Shown here in pieces: positions 47,135-57,162 of a stretch of 64,000 nucleotides of DNA (the stretch's first letter is position 1; every line of letters starts with the position of its first letter). The DNA comes from a phage. Under the pieces are notes generated by a model that worked only from the letters and a program-made list of their open reading frames with translations, was not told the DNA's origin and did not search any database. The stretch lies in sequence record PZ583738.1; one strand, 5' to 3'. A program made the position numbers and the translations under genes.

Positions 47135-47341
47135 ATGTTAGAATTAATCAAAGCTGCTGGTGAAAAAGGTCTGATGGTTAACACTCGTGACCCTGAACAA
47201 CGTCAAGCATTTGGTGAGTTAAAAGCCAAAGGTCTGGTTAAAGCATCCCTTGGTATTGGTAATGCTTTGCGTGTGACTTTGACCCCTGCAGGTAAAGCAA
47301 TGTTCTTCCCTAAACCATTACCAAAACGTCGTCGCAAGTGA
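47135..47341 (+). CDS. hypothetical basic small protein
   Basis: 68 aa; C-terminal KRRRK. Confidence 0.5.
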   Translation: MLELIKAAGEKGLMVNTRDPEQRQAFGELKAKGLVKASLGIGNALRVTLTPAGKAMFFPKPLPKRRRK

Positions 47342-47347
47342 GGAATT

Positions 47348-47650
47348 ATGAAGAAGTATGAACTTGACATGATTGATGCATGTCTGAAATCTGCTGACCA
47401 TTTTAAGTTGAAAATGCACAAGTTAAGAGGAATGGTCAAAACTCCAGAAGAGAAGAAGCGATATGCTCTGAAGGAGAAATGTAAAGCTCTTATCATGATG
47501 GATAAGCTGCAAATGGTCGCCGCAGAAGCTCACAGGACACGTAAAGCTGAGGCCCTTGGTGTTTATATGGCAGAGCAGCTCCATCGCGCCCAGCAAGCCG
47601 TTAAGAGCGTCTGGTTCAGCGGTGAAAATACTGAAAGAACTTTTAATTAA
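47348..47650 (+). CDS. hypothetical protein
   Basis: 100 aa; SD GAGGAA. Confidence 0.5.
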   Translation: MKKYELDMIDACLKSADHFKLKMHKLRGMVKTPEEKKRYALKEKCKALIMMDKLQMVAAEAHRTRKAEALGVYMAEQLHRAQQAVKSVWFSGENTERTFN

Positions 47651-47652
47651 AT

Positions 47653-47712
47653 GTGTACATAGTATGGGGATAGACGTATAATGTTCCCATACTGAGTTAC
47701 CAAATACTGGAG
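47653..47712 (+). repeat. PeSL direct repeat copy 2
   Basis: Near-identical to 47063-47122. Confidence 0.7.
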
Positions 47713-47718
47713 AATAAA

Positions 47719-48243
47719 ATGGAAGCCAAATCAATCTTTAATCTGATTAATTACAATAATGGTAATTTTAAATCAGAAGCACAAAGTAAGTTCTTTAATG
47801 ATGTTGCTTGTGCAGGCGAGATTACAGTATCAGGTGGTCAGACTTATAAAAACGCCTGGAACTGGATTGTGACTGTTGATTCAGTTGGTATTGTTGATGT
47901 GTATAAAAACACCAACAAAAACCGCTCTTTATTCTGGTCAAGAGAGACTAATGCAGAATATCAAGCGGCAAGAGCAAAGAAAAATATGCCTACTGAATCT
48001 GATGTACAAAACATCAAATCAGATATCCAATATTATGATGGTCTGATTGCTGAACAACAAGCAGTGCTTGATAAGTTCAATGAAATCAAGGCGTGTAAAG
48101 AGATTCCTGAATTCATGAGGGAATCAGTTAATGAACAATACAATCTCACTTCAGAGCGTATTGAAACCTATACCAAACAAAGAGCAGAGCGCCAGGTACT
48201 CCTTCAGAAGTTTGAAGAGCGTTTAAAGACGGTTCTCGCATAA
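47719..48243 (+). CDS. hypothetical protein
   Basis: 174 aa; SD GGAGAA. Confidence 0.55.
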   Translation: MEAKSIFNLINYNNGNFKSEAQSKFFNDVACAGEITVSGGQTYKNAWNWIVTVDSVGIVDVYKNTNKNRSLFWSRETNAEYQAARAKKNMPTESDVQNIKSDIQYYDGLIAEQQAVLDKFNEIKACKEIPEFMRESVNEQYNLTSERIETYTKQRAERQVLLQKFEERLKTVLA

Positions 48244-48269
48244 ACGCTTTATACCAAGGATGGTATAAT
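48242..48269 (+). promoter_or_regulatory. middle-promoter-like element (MotA-box-like + -10)
   Basis: AAACGCTTTA then 14 nt then TATAAT; same spacing as element upstream of gene 55. Confidence 0.3.
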
Positions 48270-48306
48270 GGTTCTGACCTTTGATTAATCTATTGAGGAA
48301 ATTATT

Positions 48307-49158
48307 ATGTCGCAAGCAATTAATGAAATTCGTTCTGAAGTTAAAAACGCTGTTAAATTCACAGGACGTATTCCAAGCACTAAAGATGTGGTTTTAAATG
48401 TTCTGTATATGATGTGGAATAAGTTCAATGTTTGTACTAATTCTGCTGAATTCACTAAAATCTTTGAAAAGACCAAAGGTCTTCTTACATTAGAAGACCG
48501 AGTCATGAAAACTCTTCATCGTTCGGGTATGTTGTCTCGCGCTAATGCCAAAATTATTCTTAAAAAATATAACAAAGGTTACGACCTTTATGGTCGTGCG
48601 ATTAGCACCATGACGTTTGATGAAGTGGTTAAAGACCTTTGGAAGAACCAACGTCGTTTACTGGCTCTTGGTGCGCGTCTTGCGAGTGGTCAAGATAAAC
48701 AAATGACCTTTAAAACCAATAATTCTTTAGATTATAAGGTATTCAATGTTATTAAAGGCCAAAATGAAGGCGAATACAGTATTTCTTCTTTTAGTGGATG
48801 TCAATATGAAAACTGGAAATTCCATCTTCGTTTAGCATTGTCTGAACTGGAATGTCATGGTGTTCTTACCTTTTATGATGTTCAAACTGGAGGCGTCCAG
48901 CGTATTAAATTATGCCAAATTAAAGACCGAGTTGAAGTCGAGAGTCCTTCAGAACAAGCTCCTAAAATGGAACCTGTTCCAGTGCGAAGCAATGAAAAAT
49001 ATTCAGAGCAAATTGAGCTTTTCACTAAACAGATTGAAGAACTTAACATCACCATCCAGCAACAAGATGATGAAATTTTCCGCCTGACAGGATTGAACAG
49101 TGCAGCGAAAGCTGAACGTCAGAAACTGATGAACGTTATTAAATTGCTTAAGGATTAA
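48307..49158 (+). CDS. hypothetical protein with C-terminal coiled coil
   Basis: 283 aa; no enzymatic motif recognised. Confidence 0.55.
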   Translation: MSQAINEIRSEVKNAVKFTGRIPSTKDVVLNVLYMMWNKFNVCTNSAEFTKIFEKTKGLLTLEDRVMKTLHRSGMLSRANAKIILKKYNKGYDLYGRAISTMTFDEVVKDLWKNQRRLLALGARLASGQDKQMTFKTNNSLDYKVFNVIKGQNEGEYSISSFSGCQYENWKFHLRLALSELECHGVLTFYDVQTGGVQRIKLCQIKDRVEVESPSEQAPKMEPVPVRSNEKYSEQIELFTKQIEELNITIQQQDDEIFRLTGLNSAAKAERQKLMNVIKLLKD

Positions 49159-49242
49159 TAATGGAATGGCTTGCTGTTCTTGGTTATGTAATCATTGCCA
49201 TAGGTATTCTGTGGCTGATATTCTCAAATATTGTAGGTTAAT

Positions 49243-49458
49243 ATGGAAATAGTAGGTTTTATTCTCCTTTACTTTGTGCTAGGATTCATAACGACCATTA
49301 TCATTCATAAATCGGGTGATTGGAATCCAATCGAAATTGAATCAAGCTATGACGCAGTATTCATTACACTAGTATGGCCTCTACTTTGGTTTGTTTGGGC
49401 AATTATGATGGTGTTTTGGCCTATTGCTAAATTCTATGAAAAATTATTTGGACTATGA
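49243..49458 (+). CDS. small membrane protein
   Basis: 71 aa; two hydrophobic helices. Confidence 0.45.
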   Translation: MEIVGFILLYFVLGFITTIIIHKSGDWNPIEIESSYDAVFITLVWPLLWFVWAIMMVFWPIAKFYEKLFGL

Positions 49459-49459
49459 T

Positions 49460-50332
49460 ATGAAAATTAAAACTCGCGCTGAATATATTAGTATTAGTGG
49501 TTATGAACCACATGACGGTCGTGTGACTCGTCTTATCGCAATGAATTCTTTGGTTAACTTTGGCAAAATCAAATCAGGTTCTGCTACCCAGGGGTATGGT
49601 CAACGTATTGTAAGAATTAACTCTCTGAATGATTACTGCCGTCGCCCAGCGTTTTTGTTTGGTGCCACGGTTCGTAAGAGTATCAAGGAAATTCTGGCCG
49701 GCGGATTTCGTATTCGCAAAGCTCCGGTTAACATCAAGAACTATAATTTCAATTCCAGTAACTTGATTATCAATATCAAGAATGATGGTGTGCAGATTAA
49801 GTTCAAGCCAACCACCAAGGGCGATGTTGCTCTTTGCGATACCTTTAAAGAGGTTATGGGTATTGCACTGTTTTATATGCGTCATGCCGTTGAAGCATAC
49901 ACGTTTGAAGAAGATACAAATTATATCCATCAAACAGAAAAATTCCTTAAAACTATAACCATTGATATTAAATTAACTAAAGAATATCTTTTGTCTTATG
50001 CTCCTTATCAGGAGAAAAAGGAACCAGAAATGGAACGTATCCCTACCGCATCATATGGTCAGTTTAAATCTTATGACCAGGCTAAAATTTCGCCACTGGA
50101 CGTTAAAAACATGTACAAATGGAAAGTCCAACCATCCAGCTCTATTGAAATCTTTAACCCACCAATGAAGCCTATTGAGAAACATCATGCTGATGCTATC
50201 CAGGAATCAGTAAACCGCTTAAATGGTCTGATTGAAGATGAGAAAAAGGGTATCCAGGATGTTCTGAATCGCATCAAGAACATGGAAACGCAACGCAATA
50301 AATTGCAAGCTGCAATCAAAGCATTAAAATAA
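49460..50332 (+). CDS. hypothetical protein with C-terminal coiled coil
   Basis: 290 aa from ATG 49460 (alternative ATG 49436). Confidence 0.5.
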   Translation: MKIKTRAEYISISGYEPHDGRVTRLIAMNSLVNFGKIKSGSATQGYGQRIVRINSLNDYCRRPAFLFGATVRKSIKEILAGGFRIRKAPVNIKNYNFNSSNLIINIKNDGVQIKFKPTTKGDVALCDTFKEVMGIALFYMRHAVEAYTFEEDTNYIHQTEKFLKTITIDIKLTKEYLLSYAPYQEKKEPEMERIPTASYGQFKSYDQAKISPLDVKNMYKWKVQPSSSIEIFNPPMKPIEKHHADAIQESVNRLNGLIEDEKKGIQDVLNRIKNMETQRNKLQAAIKALK

Positions 50333-50333
50333 T

Positions 50334-50363
50334 GTTTACTTCCAAGGATGGAGGGAGTATAAT
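50334..50363 (+). promoter_or_regulatory. early promoter
   Basis: -35 GTTTAC, 18-nt spacer, -10 TATAAT. Confidence 0.5.
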
Positions 50364-50390
50364 GAATTCCTACTTTATGAGGAGAACACT

Positions 50391-51380
50391 ATGACGCGTA
50401 ACGAATATATTCAGGCCTTTAGCACCACTATCGATTCAAAAGTAAAACCATTAATAGGCGAATCGGCTATCCTTTCAATTATCAATTTCTGGTTAAATCA
50501 GATTGACTCGACGATTGTTGCATCTGGTCGCTTCAAGAAAGACATTGCGACTATTGCGAGTCGTGCCGGTAACGATGATATCAAGAAAACTTTTAAAGGT
50601 TCCCGAGTCCTGGCATACCTGGTTAATAAAGACCTTCTTAACAAGTTTGGTGTTGAATCCAGACGTGGTAAAGGTACAATTGGATATCATTGGTTTGGCG
50701 ATGTTGAAAAATACTATCTTGATAAACAAGGCTATACTGCTTCTGAATTCGCAAATTGTTGGGCTCGTGAATTCAGAGATAACAAAATGTCTATCATCAA
50801 ATCAGCGACAAAATTGATGGGTGGCGATTATCGCACTATCTCCCAGCTGGCTGAGCACATGATAAATGTTAAAGAGTCTGGTGAAAACCAGGTAATTATT
50901 ACAGTTAAGTATGGATTCTTTACGCCAGTGGCTACTCCAGAAAATGTCAAAAAGTATTTTGATGCTGCGAGCACGCTTACTTCACAGATGCAGTGCGCCC
51001 TTAACTATATGCACACTGTTGAAAAAATTAAAGTAGACCCTATCACCAGTACTCATGGTTGGAAAGGTTGGAAAATTGTGGTGACATTGCGTGAAGTTAA
51101 ATGCGCAAAACAACCAACTGATGCAGAAATTTATAAAAAGAAAAGTGAGGAAATTATGAATGCACCACAAGAAACCACCCTTGAAGACCTGATTGATAAT
51201 CTGAATAATGAGCCAGTGGAACAAAAAGCGCCTGAAATTGTTGCTCTGGAAATGGCGTATAATAAAGCTCTTGCTGTTAATAAAAAGGCAACTGAAGACT
51301 ATACCAAAGCCAAGCGACTTTGGGAAGAATCAACTAATCGTCTGGATAAACTGGAACAGGCTCTGGAGCTGCTGAAATGA
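50391..51380 (+). CDS. hypothetical protein with C-terminal coiled coil
   Basis: 329 aa; SD GAGGAG. Confidence 0.55.
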   Translation: MTRNEYIQAFSTTIDSKVKPLIGESAILSIINFWLNQIDSTIVASGRFKKDIATIASRAGNDDIKKTFKGSRVLAYLVNKDLLNKFGVESRRGKGTIGYHWFGDVEKYYLDKQGYTASEFANCWAREFRDNKMSIIKSATKLMGGDYRTISQLAEHMINVKESGENQVIITVKYGFFTPVATPENVKKYFDAASTLTSQMQCALNYMHTVEKIKVDPITSTHGWKGWKIVVTLREVKCAKQPTDAEIYKKKSEEIMNAPQETTLEDLIDNLNNEPVEQKAPEIVALEMAYNKALAVNKKATEDYTKAKRLWEESTNRLDKLEQALELLK

Positions 51381-51715
51381 AACAACGTTTAGCTGAAGAT
51401 ATTGCAGAAACTGCATTTCCAGAATGGACCCCCGACGCGGGGCTTAATAAAGGTCTTTTAAAATTTATTGAAAACGCCGAAGGCGAAGACCTTGTGCAAT
51501 TGGGGAAGATTCATGGGTTTGATGATTATAGTCATGTTCCTGATTGGGATACGGTAATGGCTATAGTTCGTCGCCGTGAACGTGCTTCTAAACGTGTTCC
51601 TAACTGTCCAGAATGTGGAACTGAACAGGTCCAGTTGGTCCATTGGCAGACTAGTAATCTTCGTTATAAATGCAGACATTGTAAACATAAATTTGAGCGA
51701 GAAGAAAATGATTAA
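51377..51715 (+). CDS. zinc-ribbon protein
   Basis: 112 aa; C-terminal CPECG..(17)..CRHCKHKF. Confidence 0.5.
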   Translation: MKQRLAEDIAETAFPEWTPDAGLNKGLLKFIENAEGEDLVQLGKIHGFDDYSHVPDWDTVMAIVRRRERASKRVPNCPECGTEQVQLVHWQTSNLRYKCRHCKHKFEREEND

Positions 51716-51887
51716 TTTAGATGAATTAAAAAGGCTTAAAGAAAAGTGTGCTCTTGGTATCGATGACTTTGCAAAACAAATTTGTGAAGTCCAGCCCATG
51801 CCAGATAATTTAGTGTCAGACATCCTGGAAGCACTTGATGGTAAATCACTTGTAATCAGTCCGCGAGACGAAAATGGCAAAGCGTAA
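51708..51887 (+). CDS. hypothetical small protein
   Basis: 59 aa from ATG 51708. Confidence 0.35.
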   Translation: MINLDELKRLKEKCALGIDDFAKQICEVQPMPDNLVSDILEALDGKSLVISPRDENGKA

Positions 51888-52119
51888 AGAATATGTTGAG
51901 ACCGCCGAAAGAGTGGTCCGTGAATTAACTCTGGCCTATTATAAAGAACACGGTAAATTTCCGGATAGTTATTCGGTATTGAAATCCGCTTTAACTCGTT
52001 CGTATAATAATATCCTTACTGAAGTGCATGATATCAGAAATGCACACCTTAAAGAAACCGGGACAGAGCTAGACCGCTCTGAAGTATTCAAACAAGTATT
52101 AGGAATTCAAGATGTTTAA
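51874..52119 (+). CDS. hypothetical small protein
   Basis: 81 aa. Confidence 0.45.
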   Translation: MAKRKEYVETAERVVRELTLAYYKEHGKFPDSYSVLKSALTRSYNNILTEVHDIRNAHLKETGTELDRSEVFKQVLGIQDV

Positions 52120-52375
52120 AGTATATGGTTACGATTCAAACATTCATCGTTGCGTTTTCTGTGACAATGCAAAACGTTTACTTGACGTTAAAAAACAACC
52201 TTACGAGTTCATCAATGTTATGCCGGAAAAAGGTGTATTTGATGATGAGAAGATTGCTCAACTCCTGGCTGCGCTTGGTCGCGAATCTCAAATTGGTTTG
52301 ACCATGCCACAGGTATTTGCCCCAGACGGAAGTCATATTGGTGGCTTCGACCAACTGCGAGCATATTTCAAATGA
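52112..52375 (+). CDS. nrdC: thioredoxin/glutaredoxin NrdC
   Basis: 87 aa; [43 protein letters not shown] nearly identical to T4 NrdC; CVFC active site. Confidence 0.95.
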   Translation: MFKVYGYDSNIHRCVFCDNAKRLLDVKKQPYEFINVMPEKGVFDDEKIAQLLAALGRESQIGLTMPQVFAPDGSHIGGFDQLRAYFK

Positions 52376-52539
52376 TTGAATTAATGTTGGGTGTTTTGTA
52401 TCTTATCATCGGTATTGGCTATGCTAAGACCCTAGCTAAATTAGATGATTTCGGTGCAGGTGATTTTTGTTGGTGGCTGACGTCTATGATTTGTTGGCCT
52501 TTATTTCTGGTCGGTGCTTCATTCTGGAACTTTAAATGA
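52372..52539 (+). CDS. small membrane protein
   Basis: 55 aa; ATGA overlap with nrdC stop; not in ORF track. Confidence 0.3.
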   Translation: MIELMLGVLYLIIGIGYAKTLAKLDDFGAGDFCWWLTSMICWPLFLVGASFWNFK

Positions 52540-52561
52540 TTGACGAATTTATGGTGGAATT

Positions 52562-52870
52562 ATGAGTGAATTAGACGGACAAACAATTTATCTGGGTGAC
52601 GGTAAAGAAGACGACCTGGAACATAAACTCTATGAATACATGGTAGCCCTGGCGAAAGAAGAAGGTATTGACTTTGCTGTGGCTAACCCGTATGGTGAGA
52701 ACACTGTTGTAATTGGTGGCACTGCTTATGAAGTCCAATGGCAATACGTTGGCCTTGAATCTGAAATATATGAAGAAGATAAGCATGGTGATTGGCATCC
52801 GGTTGGTCCTTGGTACTGGGACGACGGCGAGCCTGATTTTGAAGTAAGTTGTTATTGGTGTGACCGTTAA
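52562..52870 (+). CDS. hypothetical acidic protein
   Basis: 102 aa; SD GGTGGA. Confidence 0.5.
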   Translation: MSELDGQTIYLGDGKEDDLEHKLYEYMVALAKEEGIDFAVANPYGENTVVIGGTAYEVQWQYVGLESEIYEEDKHGDWHPVGPWYWDDGEPDFEVSCYWCDR

Positions 52871-53540
52871 GCCTACTAAAACCTTAGACGAAATTAAAGA
52901 ACTTCTTAAAAGCAAATTGCCAATAAGGCAATTTGCTGAAAACTATTTCTCTTTAATAGAGTCTTCCGGACCTTTAATAAAAGGTAAAACCGAGTCTCAC
53001 CATATATTACCTAAATCGTTATTTCCTGAATTTAAAACGTCTAAATGGAATCTTGTAAATCTAAGTATAGAAAGCCATATTATGGCCCACTATTGGTTGG
53101 CCAAATCAGGAAACTATAAAATGGGATATGCTTTATCTAGAATGGGTGTACAGATAGATAAAATACCAGGACAATTAGACCTTAAAATTCTAAAAGAAAT
53201 AAACCACTTAAAGCATGAAGCTAAAGCCAGTCTTGATAGGAGTAAATACACCATTGAGCTTTTTGGCGCATTTGATTTAAGTTCAGGTGAATTGGTAGAA
53301 ACCTTTGATTATTTACCAGATGCAGCTAAATTTCTTTCAATTTATAAAGCAGGCAGTGCTATTAAAAGATGCCTTCTTAATGAGAGAAATCATACATTTG
53401 GATATGCTTGGAAATATATTACTTATGATGAATTTGGTAATCCGGTTACTAATATAGCTAATTTGATTGCCGCTGATTTAGAAAGGACCAGAGCTAGAAG
53501 AAAAGCTGCTTCTGATGCTAGGAAAAAGAATAATGAATAA
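52860..53540 (+). CDS. HNH family homing endonuclease (Mob-like)
   Basis: 226 aa; TESHHILPKSLFPEF..NLVNLSIESHIMAHYW is an HNH motif; apparent GTG start. Confidence 0.65.
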   Translation: MTVKPTKTLDEIKELLKSKLPIRQFAENYFSLIESSGPLIKGKTESHHILPKSLFPEFKTSKWNLVNLSIESHIMAHYWLAKSGNYKMGYALSRMGVQIDKIPGQLDLKILKEINHLKHEAKASLDRSKYTIELFGAFDLSSGELVETFDYLPDAAKFLSIYKAGSAIKRCLLNERNHTFGYAWKYITYDEFGNPVTNIANLIAADLERTRARRKAASDARKKNNE

Positions 53541-53656
53541 ACCTTGGTTTGTATGTAGATTTGAAACTGTCGAGCCAGAGGAACCTGTTTACAACGATTC
53601 CGAAATAGATTATAATGAACCTTCAAACAATGATTTAATTGATATGGAGTTTGGAT

Positions 53657-53830
53657 ATGAGTACCAAAATTGAAGTTGGCCGTCATAAAGGCCGTCTGAT
53701 TGAGCATTCGCTTTACGAATTGTCGGATTCTCGTAAGTTACCCGATGAAGAATCTGCTTTAATTTTTGCTGCAGCTGACTACATTCATTGGCTTGAAGCT
53801 CAACTCCGCTTTTCTGATGAGGCCTTTTAA
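53657..53830 (+). CDS. hypothetical small protein
   Basis: 57 aa from ATG 53657 with SD GGAG. Confidence 0.35.
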   Translation: MSTKIEVGRHKGRLIEHSLYELSDSRKLPDEESALIFAAADYIHWLEAQLRFSDEAF

Positions 53831-54102
53831 TGTTTTTAGAAATTGTTAATATTCATGCTGCTGCTCAATCAGGTTTTATGAAAGAGCTTCAAGACGCAGG
53901 ATTTAAAAATGGCGATGTTATCCAGGCGTTAAGACAACGTTTTGACCCTGATGTTGAATGTAATGTTTGGGACGTTGTTGAAACAGATGAATACCTTTTT
54001 GATACCATAGAAATTGAAGGGTCATGGGCCTGTATCACTGAGTATATGATAATTGATAATGGTAACGTTGACTGCCATTATCCTTGTTTTAGGATTGTTT
54101 AA
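53830..54102 (+). CDS. hypothetical small protein
   Basis: 90 aa. Confidence 0.45.
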   Translation: MFLEIVNIHAAAQSGFMKELQDAGFKNGDVIQALRQRFDPDVECNVWDVVETDEYLFDTIEIEGSWACITEYMIIDNGNVDCHYPCFRIV

Positions 54103-54278
54103 TGAAAACTGCATTAGTCTATACCGAAAAGTTAAACGGTGGCAAGGTCTGGAAACTCCTTATCAAAGGAAGTCCTACTGACCAGTTTATGGCCACCTGT
54201 GTGGGATTGTATACTCGTCCTACCAAAAAGATGATTCGTCAATTTAAACGGTTACACCGTTCGTTCTATGGGGTCTGA
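54102..54278 (+). CDS. hypothetical small basic protein
   Basis: 58 aa; TAATG overlap; not in ORF track. Confidence 0.3.
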   Translation: MKTALVYTEKLNGGKVWKLLIKGSPTDQFMATCVGLYTRPTKKMIRQFKRLHRSFYGV

Positions 54279-54377
54279 TATGGATGCTCTTATTACGGTA
54301 TTTTGGGCCGGAGTTGCTTTATTCGGATTGTTGTTAGTGCTAAGTTGCACTGCTAAACTATTAGGATATTAATAAAT

Positions 54378-54402
54378 ACCCTTATCTAATAATGGTAAGG
54401 GT
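54378..54402 (+). promoter_or_regulatory. stem-loop sequestering the gene 49 ribosome-binding site
   Basis: Inverted repeat ACCCTTA..TAAGGGT; 3' arm overlaps the SD just before ATG 54408. Confidence 0.4.
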
Positions 54403-54407
54403 TTATT

Positions 54408-54881
54408 ATGTTGTTGACTGGCAAATTATACAAAGAAGAAAAACAAAAACTTTATGATGCACAAGCTGGTAAGTGTCCAATTTGCCACCGTTATTTGGAC
54501 TCTGATGTTCAGGCTAACCATCTTGACCATGACCACGAATTGAACGGACCAAAAGCCGGTAAGGTTCGCGGGTTACTATGCAATCTGTGCAATGGAACAG
54601 AAGGACAAATGAAGCATAAGTTCAGCCGTTCGGGTCTAAAAAGTCGCGATGTTGACTACCTGGAATGGTTAGAGAGTTTGCTTGTCTATCTGAAATCTGA
54701 TTATACCGAAAACAATATCCACCCTAATTTTGTAACAGACAAAGCCAAAGAGTTTGGTCGTCTGGGGAAAGAAGAAATGATTCGGGAAATGCTTTTGAAT
54801 GGTATGACTTATAATGAATCTGACACCAAAACACAATTAATGGCTTCATTTAAGAAGCAGCTTAGAAAGAGTTTAAAATGA
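54408..54881 (+). CDS. 49: endonuclease VII (Holliday junction resolvase)
   Basis: 157 aa; MLLTGKLYKEEKQKLYDAQAGKCPICHR..LDHDHELNGPKAGKVRGLLCNLCN nearly identical to T4 gp49. Confidence 0.95.
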   Translation: MLLTGKLYKEEKQKLYDAQAGKCPICHRYLDSDVQANHLDHDHELNGPKAGKVRGLLCNLCNGTEGQMKHKFSRSGLKSRDVDYLEWLESLLVYLKSDYTENNIHPNFVTDKAKEFGRLGKEEMIREMLLNGMTYNESDTKTQLMASFKKQLRKSLK

Positions 54882-56695
54882 CAATTGAAAACGAAATTGA
54901 AGGATTGATTCATAAAACCAATAAAGACCTTTTAAACGAGAATGCTAATAAAGATTCTCGTGTTTTTCCAACTCAACGTGACCTTATGGCTGGTATTGTA
55001 TCTAAACACATTGCCAAAAATATGGTCGCGTCTTTTATTATGAAAGCACATGAAAGCGGAATTATTCATTTCCATGATATTGATTATTCCCCTGCTCTTC
55101 CATTTACTAATTGTTGTTTAGTAGATTTAAAAGGAATGCTTGAGAACGGGTTTAAGCTCGGTAATGCACAGATTGAAACTCCTAAATCAATCAGTGTTGC
55201 TACTGCAATTATGGCACAAATTACTGCACAGGTTGCTTCCCATCAATATGGCGGAACGACTTTTGCGAATGTAGATAAAGTACTTTCTCCTTATGTTAAA
55301 CGTACCTATGCGAAACATATTGAGGACGCGGAAAAATGGCAAATCACTGATGCGTTGAATTATGCCCAATCTAAAACAGAAAAAGACGTATACGATGCAT
55401 TCCAAGCTTATGAATATGAAGTAAATACTCTCTTTAGCTCAAATGGTCAGACTCCTTTTGTGACAATTACATTTGGTACCGGAACTGACTGGACCGAACG
55501 AATGATTCAGAAAGCAATTCTGAAAAATCGTATTAAAGGTCTTGGTCGTGATGGGATAACTCCTATTTTCCCTAAACTTGTTATGTTCGTTGAAGAAGGT
55601 GTTAATCTTTATAAAGACGACCCGAACTATGATATTAAGCAGCTTGCTTTAGAGTGTGCAAGCAAAAGAATGTATCCTGATATCATTTCAGCTAAGAATA
55701 ACAAAGCTATCACTGGTTCATCTATTCCTGTTTCTCCAATGGGTTGCCGTAGTTTCTTGGGCGTATGGAAAGATTCGACTGGTAATGAAATTCTTGATGG
55801 ACGTAATAATCTTGGTGTTGTAACACTTAATCTTCCTCGTATTGCGTTAGATTCTTATATTGGAACACAGTTCAATGAACAGAAATTTACTGAATTGTTC
55901 AATGAGCGAATGGATTTATGTTTTGAAGCTTTGATGTGTAGAATTAGTTCCTTAAAAGGAGTTAAAGCGACTGTTGCTCCTATTCTTTACCAAGAAGGTG
56001 CATTTGGGGTTCGTCTTAAACCTGATGACGATATAATTGAGTTATTTAAAAACGGTAGAAGTTCAGTGTCCCTAGGATACATTGGTATTCACGAATTGAA
56101 TATTCTTGTCGGTCGTGATATTGGACAGGAAATTTTGACTAAAATGAATGCTCGTCTTAAGCAGTGGACCGAAAGAACCGGATTTGCTTTTAGCTTGTAT
56201 TCTACTCCTGCTGAAAACCTGTGTTATCGCTTCTGTAAACTCGATGCCGAAAAATATGGAAGTGTAAAAGATGTTACCGATAAAGGCTGGTACACTAATA
56301 GTTTCCACGTTTCAGTAGAAGAAAATATTACTCCGTTTGAAAAGATTTCTCGCGAAGCCCCATATCATTTCATTGCAACAGGTGGTCACATTTCTTATGT
56401 TGAACTTCCTGATATGAAAAATAACCTAAAAGGTCTTGAGGCTGCATGGGATTATGCTGCACAACATTTAGATTATTTTGGTGTTAATATGCCAGTAGAT
56501 AAATGTTTTACGTGTGGAAGTACTCATGAAATGACTCCTACTGAAAACGGATTTGTTTGTTCCATTTGTGGAGAAACTGACCCTAAAAAGATGAACACAA
56601 TAAGAAGAACATGCGGCTATTTGGGGAATCCGAACGAACGTGGATTTAATCTCGGCAAAAATAAAGAAATCATGCATAGGGTTAAACATCAATGA
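54878..56695 (+). CDS. nrdD: anaerobic ribonucleoside-triphosphate reductase
   Basis: 605 aa; glycyl-radical motif RTCGYLGNP near C-terminus, zinc ribbon CFTCGS..CSICG; same length as T4 NrdD. Confidence 0.95.
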   Translation: MTIENEIEGLIHKTNKDLLNENANKDSRVFPTQRDLMAGIVSKHIAKNMVASFIMKAHESGIIHFHDIDYSPALPFTNCCLVDLKGMLENGFKLGNAQIETPKSISVATAIMAQITAQVASHQYGGTTFANVDKVLSPYVKRTYAKHIEDAEKWQITDALNYAQSKTEKDVYDAFQAYEYEVNTLFSSNGQTPFVTITFGTGTDWTERMIQKAILKNRIKGLGRDGITPIFPKLVMFVEEGVNLYKDDPNYDIKQLALECASKRMYPDIISAKNNKAITGSSIPVSPMGCRSFLGVWKDSTGNEILDGRNNLGVVTLNLPRIALDSYIGTQFNEQKFTELFNERMDLCFEALMCRISSLKGVKATVAPILYQEGAFGVRLKPDDDIIELFKNGRSSVSLGYIGIHELNILVGRDIGQEILTKMNARLKQWTERTGFAFSLYSTPAENLCYRFCKLDAEKYGSVKDVTDKGWYTNSFHVSVEENITPFEKISREAPYHFIATGGHISYVELPDMKNNLKGLEAAWDYAAQHLDYFGVNMPVDKCFTCGSTHEMTPTENGFVCSICGETDPKKMNTIRRTCGYLGNPNERGFNLGKNKEIMHRVKHQ

Positions 56696-57162
56696 ATTAT
56701 GATAGAATTTATCCTTGCGATTTTGTGAATGGCCCTGGTTGTAGGGTCGTTCTTTTCGTTACAGGTTGTTTGCATAAATGCGAAGGGTGTTATAATAAAT
56801 CAACATGGAATGCTAGAAATGGTGTTCCATTCACTGGTGAAACACTAAAACAATTAATTGAATGTTTGAATAATGATTATATAGAAGGATTAACTATAAC
56901 TGGAGGAGACCCTCTCTATCCTGATAACCGAGATGTTATTCACTCTGTGGTTCAAACTATTAAAAATCTTTATCCCAATAAAAGCATTTGGATGTGGACA
57001 GGATATAAGTTTGAAGATATTAAACAACTAGAAATGCTTAAATATGTTGATGTTATTATTGATGGGAAGTATGAGAAAAATCTTCCGACCAAAAAGTTGT
57101 GGCGAGGATCAGATAATCAGCGACTTTGGTCAAATACCGATGGGGTGTGGAAACATGATTAA
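56692..57162 (+). CDS. nrdG: anaerobic ribonucleotide reductase activating protein (radical SAM)
   Basis: 156 aa; cysteine cluster CDFVNGPGCRVVLFVTGCLHKCEGCYN; ATGA overlap with nrdD. Confidence 0.9.
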   Translation: MNYDRIYPCDFVNGPGCRVVLFVTGCLHKCEGCYNKSTWNARNGVPFTGETLKQLIECLNNDYIEGLTITGGDPLYPDNRDVIHSVVQTIKNLYPNKSIWMWTGYKFEDIKQLEMLKYVDVIIDGKYEKNLPTKKLWRGSDNQRLWSNTDGVWKHD

